Assembly: GCA_964352105.1 (NCBI GenBank)
Contig: CAYGQQ010000002.1
Location: 7,857 to 71,856 of the forward strand
From: an uncultured Rhodobacterales bacterium
Lineage (GTDB): Bacteria > Pseudomonadota > Alphaproteobacteria > Rhodobacterales > Rhodobacteraceae
Length of the DNA: 64,000 nucleotides
Direction of reading: 5' to 3'
Each line of letters opens with the position of its first letter. Within the stretch, counting starts at the first letter, position 1. Shown piece after piece: positions 50,328 through 58,729 of the stretch. The translations under genes were made by a program, and so were the position numbers. The notes beneath the pieces were generated by a model that was given only the letters and a program-made list of their open reading frames with translations, ran no database searches and was not told the DNA's origin.

Positions 50328-52202
50328 GTGTTTCACGTGAAACATTCGAAATTTGATGTTGTCGTTGTCGGCGGAGGACATGCTGGCGTGGAGGCGGCTG
50401 CGGCCTCTGCGCGATTTGGTGCGCGCACAGTGCTGGTGACGCAAAAGGCAGACTCGATTGGTGTTATGTCGTGCAATCCGGCTATTGGTGGGCTTGGCAA
50501 GGGCCACCTTGTTCGGGAAATTGATGCGTTGGACGGGATCATGGCGCGGGCTGCGGATGCTTCGGGAATACAATTTCGCTTGTTGAATCGTCGAAAGGGT
50601 CCAGCGGTTCAGGGCCCTCGGGCGCAGGCTGACCGTGCTTTGTACCGTAATGCGGTTCAAAGTCTCGTTGGGTCGGTAAGCGGACTTGATGTTGTGGAGG
50701 CCGAGGTAGCTGACCTTCAGGTTTCAGATGGACGTGTCTGCGGTGTTCTTTTACGTGATGGATCTGAGATTTCTGCGAAATCCGTTGTTCTGACAACAGG
50801 AACATTTTTGCGTGGCGTTATTCATATTGGCGACGTTTCCCATGAGGGAGGGCGCATGGGTGATGCGCCATCAAACCGTCTTGCGGACCGTATTCGTGGA
50901 ATGGGGCTGCCACTTGGAAGGTTGAAGACCGGTACGCCACCCCGTTTGGATGGGCGCACTATTGATTGGGCAGGGCTGGAGATGCAGCCAGGCGACGAAA
51001 AGCCGGTGATGTTTTCTTTTATGTGCAAAGGGCCAACGGCAGAGCAAGTGTCCTGTGGGATTACCCATACGAACGAAAGAACCCATGAGATAATAGAGAA
51101 AAACCTATCAAAATCAGCGATGTATGGTGGCCACATTGACGGTGTCGGGCCAAGATATTGCCCGTCAATCGAGGATAAGGTTGTTCGGTTCGCTGATAAG
51201 AATTCTCACCAGGTTTTTCTAGAGCCTGAAGGCCTGAATGACCCGACAATCTATCCAAACGGGATATCAACGTCGTTGCCGGTAGATGTTCAAGAAAGCT
51301 ATGTTCGGTCTATCAGAGGGCTTGAAGGCGCAGTAATTATGCAGCCGGGATATGCAATTGAGTATGATTATGTCGACCCACGGGCGCTTGCACCGAGTTT
51401 AGAGTTGAGAGATCAGCCGGGGCTGTACCTGGCTGGTCAGATCAACGGAACGACGGGCTATGAGGAGGCCGGCGCTCAAGGGTTGATGGCGGGCTTGAAT
51501 GCCGCAAGGGCAGCACAAGAGCTCGCGCCTTTCGTTATGTCGCGGTCAAGCGGGTATATCGGTGTGATGATAGATGACCTTGTGACCCGCGGTGTTGCTG
51601 AACCGTACCGGATGTTTACGTCCCGTGCGGAGTTTCGTCTCTCTCTCAGGGCGGATAATGCAGATCAACGCCTTACAGACCTTGGGCATCAATTCGGTTG
51701 CGTATCTGAACTTCGGTTGGTCGCGTTCAATAAAAAGCGTGAGGAACTAGAGAAAACACGATCCCTGCTCAAAAGCATGGCGATTTCTCCAACTGAGGCT
51801 TCGTCAAGGGGTTTCAAAGTTCGTGCCGACGGCAAGAAGCGCAATCTTCTCGAGTTGCTCAGCTTTCCGGATGTTGAGTTTGCGGATCTTTCCAAAAGCT
51901 GGCCCGAGATTTCGGGTGTTTCTGAGGAAATAGCTGATCAGCTTTCGAAAGAGGCGTTGTATTCAAACTATCTGGATCGTCAGAGCAGGGATGCGGATGC
52001 GTTGCGACAGGATGAATCGCTGACCATTCCAGACGGCTTGGATTATGGCTCAATCAAGGGTCTTTCAACTGAGATGATCGAAAAGCTCAACAAAATAAGA
52101 CCTACATCGATAGGGCAGGCGTCTCGGATAGAGGGTATGACGCCGACTGCCATCACACTGGTTTTAGGCAGAATGCGTCTCGATCAGAAGAAGTCAGCCT
52201 AG
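50328..52202 (+). CDS. mnmG: tRNA uridine 5-carboxymethylaminomethyl modification enzyme MnmG
   Basis: [19 protein letters not shown] motif and full-length GidA similarity. Start is GTG 50328 (MFHVKH...) or GTG 50337, the latter 8 nt after an AGGAG. Confidence 0.96.
   Translation: MFHVKHSKFDVVVVGGGHAGVEAAAASARFGARTVLVTQKADSIGVMSCNPAIGGLGKGHLVREIDALDGIMARAADASGIQFRLLNRRKGPAVQGPRAQADRALYRNAVQSLVGSVSGLDVVEAEVADLQVSDGRVCGVLLRDGSEISAKSVVLTTGTFLRGVIHIGDVSHEGGRMGDAPSNRLADRIRGMGLPLGRLKTGTPPRLDGRTIDWAGLEMQPGDEKPVMFSFMCKGPTAEQVSCGITHTNERTHEIIEKNLSKSAMYGGHIDGVGPRYCPSIEDKVVRFADKNSHQVFLEPEGLNDPTIYPNGISTSLPVDVQESYVRSIRGLEGAVIMQPGYAIEYDYVDPRALAPSLELRDQPGLYLAGQINGTTGYEEAGAQGLMAGLNAARAAQELAPFVMSRSSGYIGVMIDDLVTRGVAEPYRMFTSRAEFRLSLRADNADQRLTDLGHQFGCVSELRLVAFNKKREELEKTRSLLKSMAISPTEASSRGFKVRADGKKRNLLELLSFPDVEFADLSKSWPEISGVSEEIADQLSKEALYSNYLDRQSRDADALRQDESLTIPDGLDYGSIKGLSTEMIEKLNKIRPTSIGQASRIEGMTPTAITLVLGRMRLDQKKSA
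50329..50344. other. parS: parS centromere-like site (perfect palindrome TGTTTCACGTGAAACA)
   Basis: Exact 16-bp palindrome matching the canonical ParB/Spo0J binding site. It overlaps the mnmG translation start region. Confidence 0.85.
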
Positions 52203-52206
52203 AAGC

Positions 52207-52824
52207 GTGATAGACAAAATTACTCAGGATCTGAATGTTTCACGTGAAACAATTGCGGCTTTGGAGGCGTATGTTCAGCTTTTAGAGAAGTGGAACAAAT
52301 CCATAAACCTCGTCGCAAAGTCTACGATAGAAGAAGTGTGGGAGCGGCATATCCGCGATTCTTCGCAACTTTTTGAAGCACTCCCGGACAGCGCTCGAAA
52401 GCTTGCGGATATTGGTTCTGGTGGAGGTTTGCCTGGCTTGATCCTCGCAATCATCGCGAAAGAGAAGCGACCGGACCTCGCTATTGTGCTCGTTGAATCT
52501 GACGCTCGGAAATGCGCTTTTCTGACATCGGTGGCAACCAAGCTGGGCTTGGAAGTCAGGGTAGAGAACAATCGTATCGAACAACTGCCGACTATGAGCG
52601 CTGACGTGATCACCGCCAGGGCCCTCGCCTCGCTTGATCAACTGAACAAGTTTTCGCATATCCACTTGAAGGATGGAGGCGAAAGCCTGTTTCTAAAAGG
52701 GCAAGGGCACCTAAAAGAGATTGAGGCGGCGCGGAAAATGTGGTGTTTCGATGTTGAAACAATACAAAGCGTCACGAATCTGGAAGCGGCGATTGTACGA
52801 ATTCGCAATTTGAGCCCGAGATAG
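52207..52824 (+). CDS. rsmG: 16S rRNA (guanine527-N7)-methyltransferase RsmG
   Basis: VSRET motif, NLVAKSTIEEVWERHIRDS and SAM motif DIGSGGGLPG; 205 aa; GTG start. Confidence 0.93.
   Translation: MIDKITQDLNVSRETIAALEAYVQLLEKWNKSINLVAKSTIEEVWERHIRDSSQLFEALPDSARKLADIGSGGGLPGLILAIIAKEKRPDLAIVLVESDARKCAFLTSVATKLGLEVRVENNRIEQLPTMSADVITARALASLDQLNKFSHIHLKDGGESLFLKGQGHLKEIEAARKMWCFDVETIQSVTNLEAAIVRIRNLSPR
52236..52251. other. parS: parS centromere-like site (perfect palindrome TGTTTCACGTGAAACA)
   Basis: Second exact copy, inside rsmG codons 10-15 (reads N-V-S-R-E-T). Confidence 0.85.
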
Positions 52825-52829
52825 CAAAT

Positions 52830-53618
52830 ATGAATAACCAAAAACCAAGAGTTATCTCGATCGCGAACCAGAAAGGTGGCGTAGGCAAGACGACGACTAC
52901 GATCAATCTGGGCGCATCCCTTGCGGCCAAGGGCCAGAAAGTTTTGATCATCGACCTTGATCCGCAGGGCAATGCGTCCACCGGACTAGCAATTGATGCA
53001 AAGGCAAGGCGCAAAACTACCTATGATTTGTTGTTGAATGACACGCTTCTGACGGAAACATCGATCAAGACAGCCGTCCCCAACCTTTTGATCACGCCCG
53101 CAACCACAGACCTTAGTTCAGCGGATCTGGAAATGGTGACGGCGACCAGACGGGTTTTCTTGCTCGGTGATGTGATAAAGAGCACAAACACGGAAGAATT
53201 GAATCTTGATTTCATCCTAATTGACTGCCCTCCGTCGCTGAATCTACTGACCTTGAATGCGATGGTCGCGTCTGACTCGGTTTTGGTTCCGCTGCAGGCT
53301 GAATTCTTCGCTCTTGAGGGGCTGTCTCAGTTGCTGCTTTCAATCCGAGAAATCCGAGAAACGGCAAACCCGAAGCTGAGGATGGAAGGTATTGTGTTAA
53401 CCATGTATGATAAACGCAACAACTTGTGTCATCAGGTGGAAACGGACGCGCGTGAAAACCTCAAAGGGTTGGTGTTCAAAACGATGATTCCAAGGAATGT
53501 GCGTCTGAGCGAAGCGCCGTCATATGGGCTTCCGGTGACAAATTACGACCCCACATCCCGTGGCGCGATGGCCTACAAGGCTCTGGCGCAGGAGATGTTG
53601 GATCGACTAGCGAATTAG
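52830..53618 (+). CDS. parA: chromosome partitioning ATPase ParA
   Basis: Deviant Walker A IANQKGGVGKTTT; 262 aa. Confidence 0.95.
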   Translation: MNNQKPRVISIANQKGGVGKTTTTINLGASLAAKGQKVLIIDLDPQGNASTGLAIDAKARRKTTYDLLLNDTLLTETSIKTAVPNLLITPATTDLSSADLEMVTATRRVFLLGDVIKSTNTEELNLDFILIDCPPSLNLLTLNAMVASDSVLVPLQAEFFALEGLSQLLLSIREIRETANPKLRMEGIVLTMYDKRNNLCHQVETDARENLKGLVFKTMIPRNVRLSEAPSYGLPVTNYDPTSRGAMAYKALAQEMLDRLAN

Positions 53619-53627
53619 GGTGAGCCA

Positions 53628-54539
53628 ATGGCAGAGCGAAAAGAAAAGAGAGGTCTGGGTCGCGGTTTATCTGCGTTAATGGCAGATGTCGATCTGAGCG
53701 CAGAGTCTTCCTCGGAAGCCAAACGTACTGGCCGTACTGGTTCACTATCCGTGCCGGTCGAAAATATTCGGCCCAATCCAGACCAGCCGCGTCGAGATTT
53801 TGACAAAGACGCGCTGAACGAGCTCGCTGGCTCCATTTCAGAAAAAGGTGTCATACAACCGCTTGTTGTACGTGTTGATCCCGAAAATAGTGATAAATAT
53901 CAAATCGTTGCGGGTGAAAGACGCTGGCGCGCAGCACAGATTGCAAAGCTGCATGAACTGCCTGTCGTCGTTCGGGAATTTAGTGATACCGAGGTTCTTG
54001 AGATCGCAATTATTGAGAATATTCAACGCGCTGATCTGAATCCGGTTGAGGAAGCGCTTGGTTTTCAACAGCTCCAAAACAAGTTTGGCCATACACAGGA
54101 ACAGCTTGCTCAAGCGCTTGGGAAAAGCAGAAGCCATATCGCAAATATGCTACGCCTTCTAAATCTTCCCGATGCGATTTTGTCCTGGATGCGTGAGGGA
54201 AAATTAACAATCGGTCATGCCCGCGCGCTGATTACCGCGGAAAATCCGGTTGATCTTGCGCGGCAAGTGATCGCAAAGGGCCTGTCTGTTCGTGATACCG
54301 AAAAGCTTGCCAAGAGAACGAATGGTAACGATGCGGAAAAGATATCATCGCGACCGGCTAGCACGGACAAAGATGCCGATACACGCGCGTTGGAAGGTGA
54401 TCTTTCCGCGAACCTCGGCATGAAAGTTGACATCGATCATGATGCCGGAAAAGAAAGCGGCAAACTTAGTATTTCATACAAGGATTTCAACGAGTTAGAT
54501 GAGCTTTGCCGCCGCCTGATATCGCTTTCACCAGGCTAA
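53628..54539 (+). CDS. parB: chromosome partitioning protein ParB
   Basis: ParB box GERRWRAA, HTH region (QEQLAQALGKSRSHIANMLRLL) and C-terminal dimerisation region; 303 aa. Confidence 0.95.
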   Translation: MAERKEKRGLGRGLSALMADVDLSAESSSEAKRTGRTGSLSVPVENIRPNPDQPRRDFDKDALNELAGSISEKGVIQPLVVRVDPENSDKYQIVAGERRWRAAQIAKLHELPVVVREFSDTEVLEIAIIENIQRADLNPVEEALGFQQLQNKFGHTQEQLAQALGKSRSHIANMLRLLNLPDAILSWMREGKLTIGHARALITAENPVDLARQVIAKGLSVRDTEKLAKRTNGNDAEKISSRPASTDKDADTRALEGDLSANLGMKVDIDHDAGKESGKLSISYKDFNELDELCRRLISLSPG

Positions 54540-55690
54540 CAAATCAACTCTTCCAAAATCTTGTTCAGCAAAATCCGCTTTGACGCAGGGACGGTCATGC
54601 GATCGCCTTCAACGATGACGAACCCCTCACGTTTCAAGTTTTCTAAGTTCGCGTTTGAGATCAGTTCAGGAGAGAGGCTGTTTAGCCGAGACAGATCTGT
54701 CCCTTCTGCCAACCTCAAAGACATCAAAAGGTATTCCGTGGCTTGATCCAGCTTTGTGATCACATCACAGATGGTCTCACCTGATCCCTTTTCGGTAACC
54801 AGTTTTAGCCAGGTTGACGGTGCCAACGCTGTCTCCGTCGCGTAGCGGACATCTTCTACCGAATATCGCCCATGCGCGCCGGGCCCTATTCCCAAATAAT
54901 CTCCGCCGCGCCAGTAGATTAAATTGTGCTGCGACTCCTGGCTGGGGCATGCGTGGTTCGAAACCTCATATGCGGGCAGCCCGGCGCCCTTCATATGTTC
55001 TTGCGTAAACAAGAACATGTCCGCGGAAAGATCTTCATCAGGTAGGCCTTTCAATAAACCTCTGGAAAACCGATCGCCAAAGGCCGTGTTGTCTTCCACG
55101 GTCAATTGGTAGAGCGAAAGATGAGATGGTTCAAAACTAAGCGCAAGATCAAGCTCTGAGGTCCAAGCGTCCATCGTTTGATGTTGCCGCGCATAGATCA
55201 GGTCGAAGCTTACCCGTTCAAAATTCTGCCTTGCGACTTGAAGGGCAATTAGCGCCTCTTCAGAGGTGTGAAGTCGGCCCAACAACTTCAAATCATGGTT
55301 GTTTAGAGCCTGTAAACCCATCGAAACCCGATTTACGCCAGCGCTACGATAATCCCGAAATCGCGATGCTTCTACCGATGTCGGATTGGCCTCTAACGTG
55401 ATCTCAATGTCATTTGCGAGCGGCCAATTCTTCTGAACCCTGGTGAGCACCTGATCGACGACAACCGCATCCATCAGGCTTGGTGTTCCGCCGCCAAAAT
55501 AGACAGAGTTCAAGATGCGATCACCGGTAAACTGTGCAACGCGGTCAAGCTCGGACAGGTACGCGGCGGCCCATGCCGATTGGTCAATACGGCTCGCAAC
55601 ATGGCTGTTAAAATCGCAGTAGGGGCATTTTGCCTGGCAGAAGGGCCAATGGATATAAAGTCCAAACCCAGCGCCGAAATGACTACTCAA
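54536..55690 (-). CDS. hemW: radical SAM heme chaperone HemW (HemN-like, oxygen-independent coproporphyrinogen oxidase family)
   Basis: YIHWPFCQAKCPYCDFNS radical-SAM Cys triad; 384 aa. Confidence 0.92.
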   Translation of the reverse strand: MSSHFGAGFGLYIHWPFCQAKCPYCDFNSHVASRIDQSAWAAAYLSELDRVAQFTGDRILNSVYFGGGTPSLMDAVVVDQVLTRVQKNWPLANDIEITLEANPTSVEASRFRDYRSAGVNRVSMGLQALNNHDLKLLGRLHTSEEALIALQVARQNFERVSFDLIYARQHQTMDAWTSELDLALSFEPSHLSLYQLTVEDNTAFGDRFSRGLLKGLPDEDLSADMFLFTQEHMKGAGLPAYEVSNHACPSQESQHNLIYWRGGDYLGIGPGAHGRYSVEDVRYATETALAPSTWLKLVTEKGSGETICDVITKLDQATEYLLMSLRLAEGTDLSRLNSLSPELISNANLENLKREGFVIVEGDRMTVPASKRILLNKILEELIC

Positions 55691-56288
55691 AGAGAGCTAC
55701 CAATTTCTGGAAGGCATCCGCGCGGTGACTGATCTGATTTTTCTGCCAGCGATCCATCTCACCGAAAGTTTCATCGAAGCCATCAGGTTGGAAAATTGGG
55801 TCATAGCCATGGCCTTGATCGCCGCGCTTCGGCCAGACAATCTTGCCCTCCATCGTACCAGCGAAAACCTCATCGTGACCATCGGGCCAAGCGAGCACTA
55901 ACGTACAGCAAAAACGAGCTATCCAAGGTTCTGGTGCACCAGATGTGATGAGCTCTTTCCGGGTTCGATCCATAGCTAAATCGAAGTCACGGCCAGACTC
56001 TGTTTCCGCCCAATCGGCTGTATAGACCCCGGGCGCGCCGTCCAATGCATCAATTTCAATCCCGCTATCATCAGCAAGAGCCGGCAAACCGGTTGCGCGT
56101 GCTGCGGCATGTGCCTTTATGCGCGCATTTCCCACAAACGTGGTCTCGGTTTCTTCGGGTTCAGGTAGGTTGTGAGATGCTGCTGAAACAACCGTGACGC
56201 CGAAAGGCTTAACCAGTTGTTCAATCTCTTCCAACTTCCCTTGGTTGTGGGTGGCTATAAGAAGCTGATTTCCAACAAACTTTCGCAT
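55683..56288 (-). CDS. rdgB: non-canonical purine NTP pyrophosphatase RdgB/HAM1
   Basis: LLIATHNQGKLEEI...GHGYDPIF...SHRADAF; 201 aa. Confidence 0.92.
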   Translation of the reverse strand: MRKFVGNQLLIATHNQGKLEEIEQLVKPFGVTVVSAASHNLPEPEETETTFVGNARIKAHAAARATGLPALADDSGIEIDALDGAPGVYTADWAETESGRDFDLAMDRTRKELITSGAPEPWIARFCCTLVLAWPDGHDEVFAGTMEGKIVWPKRGDQGHGYDPIFQPDGFDETFGEMDRWQKNQISHRADAFQKLVALFE

Positions 56289-56291
56289 GGT

Positions 56292-57005
56292 CTAACCTGA
56301 AGCGGCCTCTTTTTGGGCCGCTACAAGCTCAGCAATGCCTTTTTCAGCGAGGTCCATCATGCTGTCGAGTTCTGACCTGCTGAATGTTGCCCCTTCTGCA
56401 GACCCCTGAACTTCAACCAGACCATTTGACCCTGTCATGACGAAATTTGCATCCGTCCCGGCGTCGCTGTCTTCGAGGTAGTCAAGATCAAGGACCGGTT
56501 GTCCTGCATAAATGCCACAACTAACCGCAGCTACATGTTCAGTCAGGGGGTCTGATTTGATATCTCCGGCCTTGATCAGAGCCTGAATGGCCAGTTTCAA
56601 AGCGACCCAGCCGCCAGTGATTGATGCGCATCTCGTGCCGCCGTCAGCCTGAATGACATCGCAATCGACGACAATTTGTCGCTCACCCAGCGCGACGCGA
56701 TCAACACCCGCACGGAGCGATCGGCCGATGAGCCGCTGAATCTCTTGTGTCCGTCCAGATTGGCCATTCTTTGCTTCCCGACGCATCCGAGTATTTGTAG
56801 CGCGTGGCAGCATCCCGTATTCCGCAGTGACCCAGCCAAGACCCGAATTGCGAAGAAATGGCGGAACGCGTTCATCAATCGATGCCGTGCACAAAACATG
56901 CGTGTTGCCGCATTTGATCAAACACGAGCCTTCCGCATGCATTGTAACGCCGGTCTCGATTGAAATCGGGCGCATCATGTTTAAATCACGTCCAGATGGG
57001 CGCAT
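56292..57005 (-). CDS. rph: ribonuclease PH
   Basis: [39 protein letters not shown]...[15 protein letters not shown]. Start at ATG 57005; the track ORF is 27 codons longer. Confidence 0.95.
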   Translation of the reverse strand: MRPSGRDLNMMRPISIETGVTMHAEGSCLIKCGNTHVLCTASIDERVPPFLRNSGLGWVTAEYGMLPRATNTRMRREAKNGQSGRTQEIQRLIGRSLRAGVDRVALGERQIVVDCDVIQADGGTRCASITGGWVALKLAIQALIKAGDIKSDPLTEHVAAVSCGIYAGQPVLDLDYLEDSDAGTDANFVMTGSNGLVEVQGSAEGATFSRSELDSMMDLAEKGIAELVAAQKEAASG

Positions 57006-57100
57006 CTCGTGTCCTTTCAAAAAGATTGCGATCAGATACCCTTGCGAAGTGACAGGTTGCAAGCGAGATTGCGATGCGCAACGCAACCTATAGAAACCAT

Positions 57101-58165
57101 ATGAAACACGGACAAGAAATTCTGGGCGAAATGACCGACCGCAGCCGCGAAGTTTTTAAGCGGATTGTAGAGGCGTATCTGACAACTGGTGATCCGGTTG
57201 GCTCAAGAAGCCTCGTTCGTGAGCTCAGCGAAAACGTAAGTGCCGCCACGGTTCGCAACGTCATGCAAGATCTGGAATTTCTTGGTCTCCTTGATAGTCC
57301 ACATGTTTCTGCTGGACGTATCCCGACGCAATCCGGACTACGCATGTTTGTAGACGGAATCCTAGAAGTCGGAGAGCTTCAACCTGATGACCAGCGTATG
57401 ATCGACGCGTCGCTATTATCAAACGAGCGAGATGTCGCGACGATGCTGGATCAGGTAAGCTCTGTTTTATCGGGTCTAACAAAGGGCGCAAGCCTTGTTC
57501 TGTCTCCAAAACACGAAGCACCGATCAAGCATATCGAATTCGTTAGCCTCGCTGCAGACAGGGCGATCGCTGTTCTGGTGTTCGCGGATGGGCATGTCGA
57601 AAACAGGATATTCCACCCACCTTTGGGGCAGACAGCATCCTCTATGAGAGAGGCCGCAAATTTTCTGAATTCCCTTGCCGCCGGTAGAACGATCAGCGAG
57701 CTGAAAACAGGCTTTCAATCAGAAATCTCAGCACGGCGTCAGGAGATTGATCAGGTTGCACGCGAGATGGTCGAAGCGGGTGTAGCTGTTTGGGAGAATG
57801 AAGGTTCAAATACAGAACGCTTGATCGTACGTGGACGAGCGAATCTGCTGGAAGAGGCGGAGGATGTCGATACGCTAGAACGCATTCGGACCCTGTTTGA
57901 TGATCTTGAACGTAAGCGCGATATCGCTGAATTCCTTGAATTGACCGAGGAAGGCGAAGGTGTACGCATTTTTATTGGTTCAGAGAACAAACTCTTTTCA
58001 CTTTCGGGTTCCTCTTTGGTGGTCTCTCCCTATATGAACGCTGATCGAAAGGTTGTTGGCGCGATCGGAGTAATCGGGCCGACACGACTGAATTACGGGC
58101 GAATTGTTCCGATAGTGGATTACACAGCTCAACTTATCAGCAAGTTGATATCTGATGGCGGTTAA
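57101..58165 (+). CDS. hrcA: heat-inducible transcription repressor HrcA
   Basis: [25 protein letters not shown]-terminal wHTH. Start is 57101, or 57074 / 57131. Confidence 0.93.
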   Translation: MKHGQEILGEMTDRSREVFKRIVEAYLTTGDPVGSRSLVRELSENVSAATVRNVMQDLEFLGLLDSPHVSAGRIPTQSGLRMFVDGILEVGELQPDDQRMIDASLLSNERDVATMLDQVSSVLSGLTKGASLVLSPKHEAPIKHIEFVSLAADRAIAVLVFADGHVENRIFHPPLGQTASSMREAANFLNSLAAGRTISELKTGFQSEISARRQEIDQVAREMVEAGVAVWENEGSNTERLIVRGRANLLEEAEDVDTLERIRTLFDDLERKRDIAEFLELTEEGEGVRIFIGSENKLFSLSGSSLVVSPYMNADRKVVGAIGVIGPTRLNYGRIVPIVDYTAQLISKLISDGG

Positions 58166-58168
58166 AGG

Positions 58169-58729
58169 ATGACCATGAACGCGAAGAACGATGAAGAATT
58201 TCTTGATGACCCTTTGGAGGCCTATGCCGAAGAAGAAGTGGATATCATGGAGCTAGAGGATGATGAAGCGACTGAAGCGCTGGTCCTTGAACGGGATCAG
58301 CTGAAAGACCGGTTGTTGCGCGCCTTGGCAGATGCAGAAAACATGCGAAAGCGCGCCGATCGAGATCGCCGCGAGGCGGAGATGTATGGCGGTTCAAAGC
58401 TCGCCCGGGATATGTTGCCTGTTTTTGACAACTTGAAACGTGCGGTCGATGCCGCTGATGAGACACAGCGCGAAGCAGCGAAGGCTGTTTTTGATGGCGT
58501 GGAGCTAACCTTGCGTGAACTTATCAGCGTTTTCGGAAAGCACGGAATCGAGCCTATTCAGCCTGAAATAGGTGACAAATTTGATCCGCAGATGCATCAG
58601 GCCATGTTCGAAGCGCCGCTTCCCGACACCAAAGCCGGTGAGATCATTCAGGTCATGACTGTCGGCTTCATGCTGCAAGACCGCCTGTTGCGGGCTGCAC
58701 AAGTAGGTGTGTCTTCAACCCCTGGATAG
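58169..58729 (+). CDS. grpE: nucleotide exchange factor GrpE
   Basis: Acidic N-terminus, coiled coil (LRALADAENMRKRADRDR) and C-terminal beta domain (FDPQMHQAM); 186 aa. Confidence 0.93.
   Translation: MTMNAKNDEEFLDDPLEAYAEEEVDIMELEDDEATEALVLERDQLKDRLLRALADAENMRKRADRDRREAEMYGGSKLARDMLPVFDNLKRAVDAADETQREAAKAVFDGVELTLRELISVFGKHGIEPIQPEIGDKFDPQMHQAMFEAPLPDTKAGEIIQVMTVGFMLQDRLLRAAQVGVSSTPG

Noticed and set aside
52744-52761. A parS-like inverted repeat TGTTTC-GATGTT-GAAACA inside rsmG.
   Set aside because: The half-sites match parS, but the central spacer is 6 nt instead of 4. The two halves would therefore be out of register for a ParB dimer, and this is probably coincidental coding sequence (WCFDVETI).
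57006-57100. CIRCE (TTAGCACTC-N9-GAGTGCTAA) or a clear RpoH-type promoter upstream of hrcA-grpE, with a similar check upstream of hslV and hslU.
   Set aside because: No CIRCE-like inverted repeat is present. The only CTTG-N17-C(A/T)TA-like matches (for example 38004-38031) are weak, so I did not call heat-shock promoters.
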